Shown: positions 1 through 8,596 of the stretch, one piece after another
Numbering within the stretch: position 1 is the stretch's first letter
How the letters are laid out: each line of letters begins with the position of its first letter
IMG/VR virus record: IMGVR_UViG_3300012988_000007
Span: 1 to 53,023 of that record
Length of the DNA: 53,023 bases
Reading direction: 5' to 3' (one strand)
From: a virus
Taxonomy: Duplodnaviria; Caudoviricetes
The notes under the pieces: model-generated
Told to the model about the DNA's origin: nothing
Databases searched by the model: none
What the model saw: the letters and a program-made list of their open reading frames with translations, nothing else
Made by a program: the position numbers and the translations under genes

Positions 1-123
1 GATCGCTACGGCTGCGTGTTTTGTTGTAAATGAATTAATCTGTTTAATTAGGGTGTACAAATGAAGCAATTAACATACGACCTTATAAAAGAAGTTGCAC
101 GCGAAAAAGGCTATTGTCATAAC
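1..123. repeat. Terminal direct repeat, left copy (circular-assembly overlap)
   Basis: Identical to 52901-53023; falls inside coding sequence. Confidence 0.95.
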
Positions 124-636
124 TTTAATGAGCTTACAATAATTGGAGTTAGGACCAACTTTGATTTGCCAGATTCTTTTAACGATTACTTACTATGTAC
201 ATGGGTTGAAAATGGTGAGGGGAAAATGTTTGGAGGCATGGCTACAACGGACCCAAGCGTTTACTGGCTAAACAAGCCTATGAATGTAAAGGGGACCGCC
301 ATTGTACAGCCAAACATGTATAATAACGTCTGGACCATAGGCAACCATCACGAATATAAAGCTCTGGTCCAGTGTGGATCGTTCAAAACGTGGAGAGACG
401 GTAATAAGGACTCTCAATTAGATAGAACAGGTGATACTATTATTGCAGGACCAGAGTGTGGGATAAATTGTCATAGGGCCTACGAGGGTTTTATAGTTAA
501 AACTATAGGTAAATATTCGGCAGGGTGTCAAGTATGGCAAAATTCAAAACTATTTGACAAGATGATGGACCTTGCCTATAAGAGCAAGCAAAAAACATTC
601 ACTTATATATTGTTCACGGAAAACGATTTCTCATGA
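61..636 (+). CDS. Putative endolysin with L,D-transpeptidase (YkuD)-like catalytic motif
   Basis: GINCH-x14-SAGCQ resembles the Hx14-17SxGC motif; follows spanin-like and holin-like genes across the circular junction. Confidence 0.6.
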   Translation: MKQLTYDLIKEVAREKGYCHNFNELTIIGVRTNFDLPDSFNDYLLCTWVENGEGKMFGGMATTDPSVYWLNKPMNVKGTAIVQPNMYNNVWTIGNHHEYKALVQCGSFKTWRDGNKDSQLDRTGDTIIAGPECGINCHRAYEGFIVKTIGKYSAGCQVWQNSKLFDKMMDLAYKSKQKTFTYILFTENDFS

Positions 637-767
637 TACGCAACTTTTGGCCTTGGGTTTGGTTATGTAGTAGCCTATTTGTCTGGGTACTTATCATTTG
701 CGCTGGTTATTTTTTGCCAGCAATAGGACTTTCAATATTTATCATGTTTGTAATTTATCATCTATAG
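633..767 (+). CDS. 44-aa hydrophobic membrane peptide (not in ORF track)
   Basis: ATGA overlap with the lysin stop; MIRNFWPWVWLCSSLFVWVLIICAGYFLPAIGLSIFIMFVIYHL. Confidence 0.5.
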   Translation: MIRNFWPWVWLCSSLFVWVLIICAGYFLPAIGLSIFIMFVIYHL

Positions 768-935
768 CTAAAGTAACAGAACTAGGCGCTATTTGGGGCA
801 AAGAAATAAACGAAATTAGAGCACAATCAGTACATGCTGTTAAGTTAAAGTATCCGATAAAAGGATACGACCTTATGTTAAAGAATCAAGAAAAGCATTT
901 AAGAGTTAAAAATTAGGCTAGGTTTATTTACTCAG

Positions 936-966
936 AAAAGCCGTCTTATATTAAGGCGGTTTTTTT
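936..966 (+). terminator. Intrinsic terminator, probably bidirectional
   Basis: AAAAGCCGTCTT/AAGGCGGTTTTTTT hairpin between convergent gene blocks. Confidence 0.8.
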
Positions 967-1023
967 ATTGATCCAAACTCACTATATTTGAGCGTTATTT
1001 CTTCATTTTGTTTTAGTTTATTT

Positions 1024-1052
1024 AGAGCCCCGCTGTGAAGCGAGGCTTTTTT
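1024..1052. terminator. Intrinsic terminator
   Basis: AGCCCCGCT-GTGA-AGCGAGGCT hairpin plus T-run at the end of the leftward block. Confidence 0.65.
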
Positions 1053-1054
1053 AT

Positions 1055-1390
1055 TTATACAAAAGCTTCACAATCTAATTTGCTGATTATTTCCATAGCC
1101 ATAGGCTCCTGTTTTATCTTGTAAATCAGTTGTTCTAATGTAATGATATGGTTAACCCAAAAAACTGACTTTGATCCGTTTCTTTTATCAACTGGACTAC
1201 CAGAAATAGCAATTACCGTAAATCCGCCACCTTGATAAAACGACCATTGTCCTTTAGGCATACCATTTGTTAGCTCCTCTGGATTAAAAGGCAAATCCCT
1301 AAAGTTTATACCTATTTTGTCCATATGATCAGGGTATAATTTCCACCTATAATGTCCATGTGCTGTAGTACCTGTTCCGAAATATTCCAT
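1055..1390 (-). CDS. Hypothetical protein
   Basis: Part of a tightly packed minus-strand operon. Confidence 0.7.
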   Translation of the reverse strand: MEYFGTGTTAHGHYRWKLYPDHMDKIGINFRDLPFNPEELTNGMPKGQWSFYQGGGFTVIAISGSPVDKRNGSKSVFWVNHIITLEQLIYKIKQEPMAMEIISKLDCEAFV

Positions 1391-1391
1391 C

Positions 1392-1649
1392 TTACTGTTT
1401 GTTTTTGATCCTTAAAAGTTCGTTAATTTCTTCGTCTGATAGTTCAACATCACCACGTTTTGCCCATGATTCAAAATCTATTTCCACGTGTAGCTCGATC
1501 TCTGTAATCAGCTTCCTAATAAGCTCGTCTTTATTGTCTAGTTCCGATTCCTTATTGTTAGTCAAAAAATCAGCTCGCTTTATTATTTCAGCTTTCTCTA
1601 TCCTTTTTTGTTCTTCGGCATCTTCTGCCGTTAGTCCTGTTAAATTCAT
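1392..1649 (-). CDS. Hypothetical protein
   Basis: Abuts the next gene; charged helical sequence. Confidence 0.65.
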   Translation of the reverse strand: MNLTGLTAEDAEEQKRIEKAEIIKRADFLTNNKESELDNKDELIRKLITEIELHVEIDFESWAKRGDVELSDEEINELLRIKNKQ

Positions 1650-1696
1650 TTGTTTTCTTATTTAAGTTTTAACCGTAAATCTTTATTAGTGAGTTT

Positions 1697-2107
1697 TTAA
1701 ATTAATCCTGCCAAATAGTTTATAAGATCGTGAGATTGGTTTTTGAGATTAGGTTTTGACAAATCCCATTCTTCTGTACAAATAATATATTGCCCTTCAT
1801 CTTTGCCCCAATAAATCATTTGCCCATTACTATTAATGCCATGATTGCCATATTTATACTTAATATTTAACCACTCTAGCACATCGTTTAATTTCACATC
1901 ATGGCCTATTACCTCAAAATTAGCTACTAAATCAGATGCTTTGTATAGTTTAACTTTATCTATTGTGGCATCATAAGCATAGCAAAAACCATCGCTATCG
2001 TCAAAAACTATTTCTAGTCCATGGCTAAGTTTTAATCCAGCCATTGGATACATAAGTATAGGAATCTTACCGCGAATCTCCCTCTCTAGTTTCTCTAAGT
2101 TTATCAT
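1697..2107 (-). CDS. Hypothetical protein
   Basis: 4-nt start/stop overlap with the upstream gene. Confidence 0.7.
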   Translation of the reverse strand: MINLEKLEREIRGKIPILMYPMAGLKLSHGLEIVFDDSDGFCYAYDATIDKVKLYKASDLVANFEVIGHDVKLNDVLEWLNIKYKYGNHGINSNGQMIYWGKDEGQYIICTEEWDLSKPNLKNQSHDLINYLAGLI

Positions 2108-2394
2108 AGCTTTAAATTGCTTTGGTATATTTCTCTTTTCTCTTTCTTAATTGTTTCGGTGCCATCCTTTTTTAATGTTTGTCCGCTGTATATACATATT
2201 GGTAGGTTAGTGCCATACGCTATACACCCATACATAATAGATTCTACTCTTATTTTACCAATATGATCTTCTATTATATCCCCTTGCTTTATGCTATTGT
2301 TTGCATGTGCAAACTCTGTGTTTAGATTTAAAACATTACTTTTAAACTCTAATTCAAGTTCTCTCTTTTTAAGTTCGTACTCTTTTGCCGTCAT
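2104..2394 (-). CDS. Hypothetical protein
   Basis: 4-nt overlaps on both sides. Confidence 0.7.
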   Translation of the reverse strand: MTAKEYELKKRELELEFKSNVLNLNTEFAHANNSIKQGDIIEDHIGKIRVESIMYGCIAYGTNLPICIYSGQTLKKDGTETIKKEKREIYQSNLKL

Positions 2395-2579
2395 TGCTTC
2401 GATTCGTTTTGTTTGTTGTAAAGAATTAATATTTCATTCTCAGAAATATGCCTAGTAATTTTATCCCCTGACAAATCTGTACCTAAATATTCTTTTACAA
2501 GAAGTTGTCTAATTGTATAGTTTAATTGAGAAAACCATTTTTTAGCTTCAACAATATTTGATTGTTCACTACTCGACAT
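2391..2579 (-). CDS. Hypothetical protein
   Basis: Operon packing. Confidence 0.6.
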   Translation of the reverse strand: MSSSEQSNIVEAKKWFSQLNYTIRQLLVKEYLGTDLSGDKITRHISENEILILYNKQNESKQ

Positions 2580-2880
2580 AATACCCTTCGTTTAAATAAT
2601 GCATGATCCTTTCGTTTATCAATTCTTTTCCAGCATTAGCAGATTGATTAATGTCTGTTTTAATCTTATAAGGCAGCAATTTAAGCATTAGCCCATAATC
2701 GTTGCTTTTATAGTCTTTTAGTATATGATACATTAGTGATGGTGACACATAAGCCTTATTAATTCCTTCGTGAGTTACGCATTGATACTCTGTCAATCCA
2801 TAAGATACCAGAATGTTTACTCCTAAATGAAGCGGATTTAAATATATGTTATTCGACATAATCATCCAGTTTAGCGCCAA
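2569..2880 (-). CDS. Hypothetical protein (true start probably downstream)
   Basis: Operon packing. Confidence 0.55.
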   Translation of the reverse strand: MALNWMIMSNNIYLNPLHLGVNILVSYGLTEYQCVTHEGINKAYVSPSLMYHILKDYKSNDYGLMLKLLPYKIKTDINQSANAGKELINERIMHYLNEGYYVE

Positions 2881-3052
2881 TCCCGTAAACCGCTTTCATT
2901 ACTGTGCTAACTTTGTAATCACGATCAGCTTTTAATAGGTTTCTTACTGTTGATTCTGTAAGCCCTACATTCGATCCGAATTGTCTGTTTGACCCTTCGT
3001 ACCCGATATGATTTTTGATGTCCTCGGAGAGGCGTTTATAATTGTATGTCAT
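2849..3052 (-). CDS. XRE/Cro-like HTH regulator
   Basis: SNRQFGSNVGLTESTVRNLL...KVSTVMK helix-turn-helix pattern. Confidence 0.7.
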   Translation of the reverse strand: MTYNYKRLSEDIKNHIGYEGSNRQFGSNVGLTESTVRNLLKADRDYKVSTVMKAVYGIGAKLDDYVE

Positions 3053-3059
3053 TTGCTTT

Positions 3060-3296
3060 TTAGTATAAAAATTCTTGTCTTATTGCGTCTAATTCTTTAA
3101 TAATATCATGGTATTTTTGTATTTCTTCGCATAATAGTTTTTGTTGATTAACAAAATCAGCACTAAAACCTTTTTTAGTAAGGTTTTCTACTAGTAATCT
3201 ATAGTGATGTATTGCCAGTCCAAAACAATCGTATATTGGAAGTTTTGTTAGATACTCATAATAGTCTATAAGTTCTTTGGCTTCTCTATTTATCAT
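3060..3296 (-). CDS. Hypothetical protein
   Basis: Operon packing. Confidence 0.6.
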   Translation of the reverse strand: MINREAKELIDYYEYLTKLPIYDCFGLAIHHYRLLVENLTKKGFSADFVNQQKLLCEEIQKYHDIIKELDAIRQEFLY

Positions 3297-3459
3297 AACC
3301 TTTGCAGTTTTTAATCTCAGCGTTTAATCTTAGATCGATATATTCTTTAGTATATTCCCTTGTAAACCTAGTTCCTTCGCTTTTCTTAGAGCACCATTCT
3401 CTTGTTTGCTCCATGTTTGAATACAAAAACCTACAATTGTCACAAATACGTGTTGTCAT
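3286..3459 (-). CDS. Small Cys-rich hypothetical protein (start moved to ATG 3459)
   Basis: MTTRICDNCRF...WC...C; first gene after the leftward promoter. Confidence 0.55.
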   Translation of the reverse strand: MTTRICDNCRFLYSNMEQTREWCSKKSEGTRFTREYTKEYIDLRLNAEIKNCKGYDK

Positions 3460-3478
3460 CCCATTATTATTTATATCA

Positions 3479-3486
3479 CAAATATA
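3479..3486 (-). promoter_or_regulatory. Bacteroidota -7 promoter element, leftward
   Basis: TATATTTG on the minus strand upstream of the leftward operon. Confidence 0.7.
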
Positions 3487-3555
3487 CGGAATCATTTTTG
3501 AATTGTTGCAACAAATTACGAAAAATAAAATAAATAAATTATTTCGCAACAAAGT

Positions 3556-3587
3556 GTTGCAATTCTCCGTACAACTCTATACATTTG
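3556..3587 (+). promoter_or_regulatory. Bacteroidota promoter, rightward (divergent partner)
   Basis: GTTG-N20-TACATTTG, 20 nt before ATG 3608. Confidence 0.7.
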
Positions 3588-3607
3588 TAATCATAAACGA
3601 AAAGGAA

Positions 3608-3889
3608 ATGAGAACGCTACCAAATATAAAAGACATAGCAAGCGACATAGTTAAGATAGTCGCTCTTAATCTTAAAGCTGATGACTTTTCAGAGAATGTA
3701 GAGTTGGTAAAGCAGTATCTTATAATGAAGAACTTGGAGCTTTATGATCATGATAACAACTTCGATTCGGAGCTTGAAGGAATTAATGGTAGCAAGCAAT
3801 TCGACAAGGCGTATAAAGTTTGCTCTGAGTACATCATTGAATACAAAGAATACCACGCAGAATCAATTTTTAACGATAACGATTTGTAA
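3608..3889 (+). CDS. Hypothetical protein (start moved to ATG 3608)
   Basis: The upstream part of the ORF-track call overlaps promoters and an opposite-strand gene. Confidence 0.65.
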   Translation: MRTLPNIKDIASDIVKIVALNLKADDFSENVELVKQYLIMKNLELYDHDNNFDSELEGINGSKQFDKAYKVCSEYIIEYKEYHAESIFNDNDL

Positions 3890-3891
3890 TC

Positions 3892-4134
3892 ATGTCAGAA
3901 AGAACAAAATACGGAAACAGACCTAAGTCTATTCGTGTCGGTGATTGGGCTTGGATTCCAGTTAAAATAGAAAACGGCAGTAACGGTTATATAGAAGTTA
4001 AGGCATTTGACTTAAAAGAGGCAGATAAAAAGTCTTACTTACTAGGCAATGGAATGAGACTGTACAATTGTAGATCACCATTCGAAGAGGTTAAAAAAGG
4101 AGTTTGGAAAGCAAAAACATTTGGTAACATTTAA
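3892..4134 (+). CDS. Hypothetical protein
   Basis: Operon packing. Confidence 0.65.
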   Translation: MSERTKYGNRPKSIRVGDWAWIPVKIENGSNGYIEVKAFDLKEADKKSYLLGNGMRLYNCRSPFEEVKKGVWKAKTFGNI

Positions 4135-4146
4135 ACACTAAACAAT

Positions 4147-4287
4147 ATGAAAAGGTACACATCACCAACAGGCGTAGTATTCACAGTAATAAATACGTTT
4201 GAGTTCGTAGGATTTGTAGAGGTTCAAAGCAACTACGGGAAGTTAATAGTTACACAGAAGTTTTTAAATACATTACAAGTATGCTAA
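4147..4287 (+). CDS. 46-aa hypothetical protein (not in ORF track)
   Basis: MKRYTSPTGVVFTV... fills the gap and overlaps the next start. Confidence 0.55.
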   Translation: MKRYTSPTGVVFTVINTFEFVGFVEVQSNYGKLIVTQKFLNTLQVC

Positions 4288-4508
4288 CATTCGAGCTAAT
4301 ATTAACCCAACAAAACAGGGTTGAAGCGATTGAAGAAATTGTAAATAAAGAGCCGTCACTTGCTGAATTTTATATGTCCGAAATGGAGGCAAGATTAGAT
4401 GTTATTTTTTCGCTACGAGATAAAATGTGGCTCGAAATGTACGACCGACAACATACTATTGAGGTCGGTAGAAAGTTTAAATTTGAGTTTACGTTAAGCG
4501 ATAATTGA
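4281..4508 (+). CDS. Hypothetical protein
   Basis: Operon packing. Confidence 0.6.
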   Translation: MLTFELILTQQNRVEAIEEIVNKEPSLAEFYMSEMEARLDVIFSLRDKMWLEMYDRQHTIEVGRKFKFEFTLSDN

Positions 4509-4509
4509 T

Positions 4510-4866
4510 ATGAGCAAAAAAAGACCAAATAATATTGTGTTCCCGCATGAGAAATTTGAGACACTAATAAGGTGTCTTTGCGAAAGAGATAATATTTCGA
4601 TTGATTTATTGTGTCTTAATATTGAAATATCAAGACAAGGAATGTACGGATGGTTTCAAGGCAAAAACACGCCAAACATGAACTATATATTCAAGCTGGT
4701 TGATTTCTTCAATATTGATCCAAGCGAATTCTTTACCTATAGCATATTGGATAAGCTAACAGAAGCAAGCAATGCCGTTATTTTGAATGAGATTTCTATT
4801 TTGGAGATCAAAAAAGGTAAGATTCAAAAAAAAATAGATTCATTACGTTTAAAAATAAAGCCATGA
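4510..4866 (+). CDS. XRE-family HTH regulator with C-terminal coiled coil
   Basis: ISIDLLCLNIEISRQGMYGWFQGKNTPNMNYIFKLVDFFNI. Confidence 0.8.
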   Translation: MSKKRPNNIVFPHEKFETLIRCLCERDNISIDLLCLNIEISRQGMYGWFQGKNTPNMNYIFKLVDFFNIDPSEFFTYSILDKLTEASNAVILNEISILEIKKGKIQKKIDSLRLKIKP

Positions 4867-4964
4867 AAAATCTAAAAGAAACGCACGAGTTGCCATAGTT
4901 CATAGGCACATTAATCGCAGGAGTAATATTTTGTTTGGTATTCTTAATATTGGGGACGTTATAA
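4863..4964 (+). pseudogene. Small membrane-peptide ORF interrupted by in-frame TAG (4896-4898)
   Basis: MKNLKETHELP*FIGTLIAGVIFCLVFLILGTL; ATGA-coupled to the upstream gene. Confidence 0.4.
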
Positions 4965-4975
4965 ATCTAAAAGAA

Positions 4976-5242
4976 ATGTATAAGATAAAAGCATTTATAG
5001 TAGCTAAAAAAGGAGATAAAGTTAAGGTGTTAAATTACAGAAAGAAGCCTGCAATATGGACTATTGGATTAGTTGAAAGCGTAGAAATATCGGTTTTATC
5101 TGATTTAAAAGTATGGATTTCATACAGGGTATTTACAGACGGTATATTTATAACTGTTACTCCTGATTCTATAGAATCACTTGAAGATTGTGGGGATAAT
5201 ATGGTTAGTGAAGCAACCAAAAAACACAATGAATCATGCTAA
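4976..5242 (+). CDS. Hypothetical protein (start moved to ATG 4976)
   Basis: A-rich leader before the ATG. Confidence 0.6.
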   Translation: MYKIKAFIVAKKGDKVKVLNYRKKPAIWTIGLVESVEISVLSDLKVWISYRVFTDGIFITVTPDSIESLEDCGDNMVSEATKKHNESC

Positions 5243-5547
5243 CCACACAACGCAAGATAGAGATAGCCGAAGCGATGATTAGAAATGTAAATACAGGGGC
5301 TATTTTGTATAGGGGAAAATGGCAGACTTCTTCTGTATATGGAATATGTGTTACTTCAAAATGGTATTCAAAAAATAATCATCAGCACGAGCTATTGAAA
5401 AAGGACTTTAGGCTATTCGCAGAAACATTAGGAATATTAACATTTAGAAAACGATTCTGGTTCAATTCTGAGTGCCCAATTAAAGCGCGCACCGAGCGCA
5501 TCGAATTCCTAAAAAAGTACATAGAATATTTAAAAAAAAAGTTATGA
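5236..5547 (+). CDS. Hypothetical protein
   Basis: Overlaps its neighbours. Confidence 0.65.
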   Translation: MLTTQRKIEIAEAMIRNVNTGAILYRGKWQTSSVYGICVTSKWYSKNNHQHELLKKDFRLFAETLGILTFRKRFWFNSECPIKARTERIEFLKKYIEYLKKKL

Positions 5548-6398
5548 ACATACAACTTATATCTAAAGAAACACCTGTAATTGCTTGGTGGAGTGGCGGG
5601 GTAACGTCCGCAATAGCTTGTAATATAGCTATAAGTCTTTTTGGTATTGATAACGTTAGGCTTGTTTTCATAGACACAAGAAATGAGGACAAAGATACTT
5701 ATAGGTTCAAAACAGATTGTGAAAAGTGGTACGGCAAAGAAATTGAGACCATTACAAATGATAAATACCCAGACATAAAAGCGGTTTGGTTTAAGTTCCT
5801 ATCTTTAAATGTCGCCAATGGCGCCATTTGTTCAACAGAGTTAAAACGTGTAATGAGGGTTAAGTTCCTTAAAGAAAATTCGTATTCATACTCAATATTT
5901 GGCTATGATATGAAAGAGCCTCACAGGGCATTAGCAATGACTCTTAATTATCCAGAGACAAACCCTATATATCCGTTACTTTTGATGGGGTATACAAAAA
6001 CTAAGTGTGTAGAGATTCTTAAGGATTTAGGGATAGAGATTCCAAGAGCATACAAGCTTGGTTTGAATAATAATAATTGTCTTGGTACTGGATGTGTTCA
6101 AGGGGGCATAGGTTACTGGCAACTGATACGCACTATATTACCAGACCTATTCTTTGAAATGGCAGAGGTAGAGCATCAATTGACTAATTTGAAAGGGAAG
6201 CCAGTCACTATGTTAAAAGATCAGAGCAAAGGCGGTGGACTTGTGTTTCTTTTGCCACATCCAGACTATCCATACATAAAAGATATTTCAATTATGAAAG
6301 GCAGAAAGCCAGCCCCATTAAGCGATTGTAACGGATTTTGTGGTGTAGGAGATTTGAAAAAAAGTGAAACAGAAAAAGAGATTAACTATGACAAATAA
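5544..6398 (+). CDS. PAPS-reductase-like / adenine nucleotide alpha-hydrolase family protein
   Basis: WWSGGVTSA PP-loop, CSTELKR, YPL, NNNCxxxGC and terminal CNGFC motifs. Confidence 0.8.
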   Translation: MNIQLISKETPVIAWWSGGVTSAIACNIAISLFGIDNVRLVFIDTRNEDKDTYRFKTDCEKWYGKEIETITNDKYPDIKAVWFKFLSLNVANGAICSTELKRVMRVKFLKENSYSYSIFGYDMKEPHRALAMTLNYPETNPIYPLLLMGYTKTKCVEILKDLGIEIPRAYKLGLNNNNCLGTGCVQGGIGYWQLIRTILPDLFFEMAEVEHQLTNLKGKPVTMLKDQSKGGGLVFLLPHPDYPYIKDISIMKGRKPAPLSDCNGFCGVGDLKKSETEKEINYDK

Positions 6399-6627
6399 CA
6401 CACTATCACCCCGTACAATAAGAGAATGGTTAGAGCTTATACCCTTCGATAGGGCAAGGAAAGAGGCTATAGGGTTGTGTAATTTAAATAAGGACATAAT
6501 TACACATAATCTTTCATCCGCAATTATAGGAGGTTTTGATTGGCCTATAGATAAAGTACTTTATTTTGGTAATCTTCATCAGACTATATTGAGAATGGAG
6601 CAATCAGTAAAACTAAAACAACAATGA
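6364..6627 (+). CDS. Hypothetical protein (start probably ATG 6388)
   Basis: Operon packing. Confidence 0.55.
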   Translation: MKQKKRLTMTNNTLSPRTIREWLELIPFDRARKEAIGLCNLNKDIITHNLSSAIIGGFDWPIDKVLYFGNLHQTILRMEQSVKLKQQ

Positions 6628-6980
6628 GTAAAATTTTACACTTACCCATGTCTGAGCCGTGGTTCAGTATGGTGCTTTCTGGTGAAAAGAAAGAGGAATA
6701 CAGGGAGATAAAAACATTTTATGAGCAAAGATTAGTATCTGTTTATGATAACTGCTCTATAAATAAAAAATCGGCAAGATATCCAGACCTTTACATGTCT
6801 ATATTTAATGAATTTGATTTCGTAAAATTCACAAATGGGTATGGCAATAATAGGCCTAGTTATTTGGCTGAATTCAAAGGCATTGAGGCTCGTACTGGGA
6901 TAGAAGAATCGGGAGCCGATCCAGACAAAAAATACTTTGTCATAAAACTAGGTGAAATATCAGAACGCTTTAAATGTTAA
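6624..6980 (+). CDS. ASCH (PUA-like) domain protein
   Basis: WFSMVLSGEKKEEYR matches GxKxxExR; FTNGY. Confidence 0.85.
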   Translation: MSKILHLPMSEPWFSMVLSGEKKEEYREIKTFYEQRLVSVYDNCSINKKSARYPDLYMSIFNEFDFVKFTNGYGNNRPSYLAEFKGIEARTGIEESGADPDKKYFVIKLGEISERFKC

Positions 6981-7080
6981 CAATGAGAAACTTGAAACTA
7001 TTCATCGCACTGTTTTTGTCTATTATGGATATAGGAGTATTTGTTCACTCGGTATTATTCGCAATTTTAAACAGGTAAAT

Positions 7081-7389
7081 ATGGGGAAAACGACACAAGA
7101 ACACGGAGAAATATTAACTGATATCATGATTTTGACTGAGGTATGGTTAAGTAAGTGGCAAGAACTTATAGATACTGGCTATAATCCTAAGATGGAATTT
7201 AAAGCCAAAGGCACTCAATTTAAGCGATCTTTGGAAGGATTGCAAGCACAACTATTCAACGGGGCAAAACAATCGCTTACAGAGGCAGAATATAAGGAAT
7301 TTGAACGAACTTATATGGGTAAGGTTTCGGAGGTTGAGATTTTATTGAAGGAGTATTTAGCTGGCAAAGTAACTGTTATTGAATCATGA
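7081..7389 (+). CDS. Hypothetical protein (start moved to ATG 7081)
   Basis: A 31-aa hydrophobic ORF occupies 6983-7078 upstream. Confidence 0.6.
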   Translation: MGKTTQEHGEILTDIMILTEVWLSKWQELIDTGYNPKMEFKAKGTQFKRSLEGLQAQLFNGAKQSLTEAEYKEFERTYMGKVSEVEILLKEYLAGKVTVIES

Positions 7390-7580
7390 CGCTAGAATTC
7401 ATAAATAAAAGGATAGCGGAGCAAGACGAATATATTCGTCAACAATGGAAAGTATGCCTAAAAGGAGATATAAGTTTAGACAGGTATGCTATTATTGCTT
7501 CGTCTGCTTGTGCTCAATGGGAATATTTAACTGGCGAAAAACAAAAACTACTCGAAAAAATTGCAACAAATAGCGGATAG
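7386..7580 (+). CDS. Hypothetical protein
   Basis: ATGA overlap. Confidence 0.6.
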   Translation: MTLEFINKRIAEQDEYIRQQWKVCLKGDISLDRYAIIASSACAQWEYLTGEKQKLLEKIATNSG

Positions 7581-7585
7581 TTTCG

Positions 7586-7723
7586 TATATTTGTGATGTA
7601 GTTGGTGACGCTTCTACGGATTAAGACATAGAATAACGCAAAGACATTTGGATAGCTCCGAATGTTCCTATGAGGTGTTATTCCCTCACGCCCGTCAAGC
7701 ACTAGGAACATTCGGGGCTTTTT
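7586..7723 (+). promoter_or_regulatory. Promoter plus structured leader ending in a terminator-like hairpin
   Basis: TATATTTG 7586-7593; 17-bp stem 7654-7670/7703-7719 followed by a T-run. Confidence 0.7.
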
Positions 7724-7742
7724 CGTTTTAAAAATTTAAATT

Positions 7743-8129
7743 ATGGTTCCTTATATACATGCAGAATTGTCAGCAAAAAGGTTTGGAGGTGTCCCACAAG
7801 ATTACATTGATATTCATGAGCTAATGGATTCTAGCAAAGCAGCATATAGTAATAATGCGCACCGAATTCTAACACACAATAGCTGGTTTGTGGTTACGAT
7901 ATTACCGAAAGTATTTGGGCATATGAGAACGAATAGCGAAGGTAAAAAGTACCCAGTTAAAGACGTAGGCGAATATCATATATTGGAAGACTTCAAAATG
8001 AGATTCATTCCAACAGTGCAAGACTATATTGAAGATATGGGAGTGCCTGATTGGGTAAATAATGGAGGTGGCGTACCAAACAGGCTTAAAAACAAAAAAA
8101 TTAAAGAGCAAAATAAATTAATAGATTAA
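7743..8129 (+). CDS. His-rich conserved protein (DUF6915-like)
   Basis: PYIHAELSAKRFGG...IHELMDSSK...HRILTH...EYHILED pattern recalled from this family. Confidence 0.65.
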   Translation: MVPYIHAELSAKRFGGVPQDYIDIHELMDSSKAAYSNNAHRILTHNSWFVVTILPKVFGHMRTNSEGKKYPVKDVGEYHILEDFKMRFIPTVQDYIEDMGVPDWVNNGGGVPNRLKNKKIKEQNKLID

Positions 8130-8131
8130 AA

Positions 8132-8590
8132 ATGGATCAAATAGAAAAAGTAAAAGGGAAAATCGATGCGATTAAGAAACAAAAAGAAGAGCTTATTGAG
8201 GAGCTTCGTGGTGAAATTTGGCCTATTTTTAGGCACATATTTGAAAATAGCGAAGGCCAAATAAAGCAACTTTCTTGGCCTCAGTACACAGATCACTGGA
8301 ATGACGGAGAAGAGTGTACTTTTTCTGTGCACACAGATATAGATTACAATATCCTAATTAACGGTGAGAGTGTTGAAGAAAACAAAACATATCAAGACAG
8401 GGTATTTGCAGACAGAGTCTGGATACCAAATCCAGACTGCAATTTATTACTAAGGGGATTAATAGAGGAATTCGTTGAGATTTTAGAAATGATACCCTCT
8501 GAATTCATGAAGGATTTATTCGGTGATCACGTCTTGGTTACTATTAACAATAACGGTACAATAACCACAGAAGAATACGAGCACGACTAA
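8132..8590 (+). CDS. Acidic hypothetical protein paired with the upstream gene
   Basis: WPQYTDHWNDGEECTF motif; C-terminal EEYEHD. Confidence 0.7.
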   Translation: MDQIEKVKGKIDAIKKQKEELIEELRGEIWPIFRHIFENSEGQIKQLSWPQYTDHWNDGEECTFSVHTDIDYNILINGESVEENKTYQDRVFADRVWIPNPDCNLLLRGLIEEFVEILEMIPSEFMKDLFGDHVLVTINNNGTITTEEYEHD

Positions 8591-8596
8591 AATCAA

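Noticed and set aside
1-123. 123-bp terminal repeat as biological genome ends
   Set aside because: It cuts through the holin-like and lysin genes and the terminase is cos-type; best explained as assembler overlap
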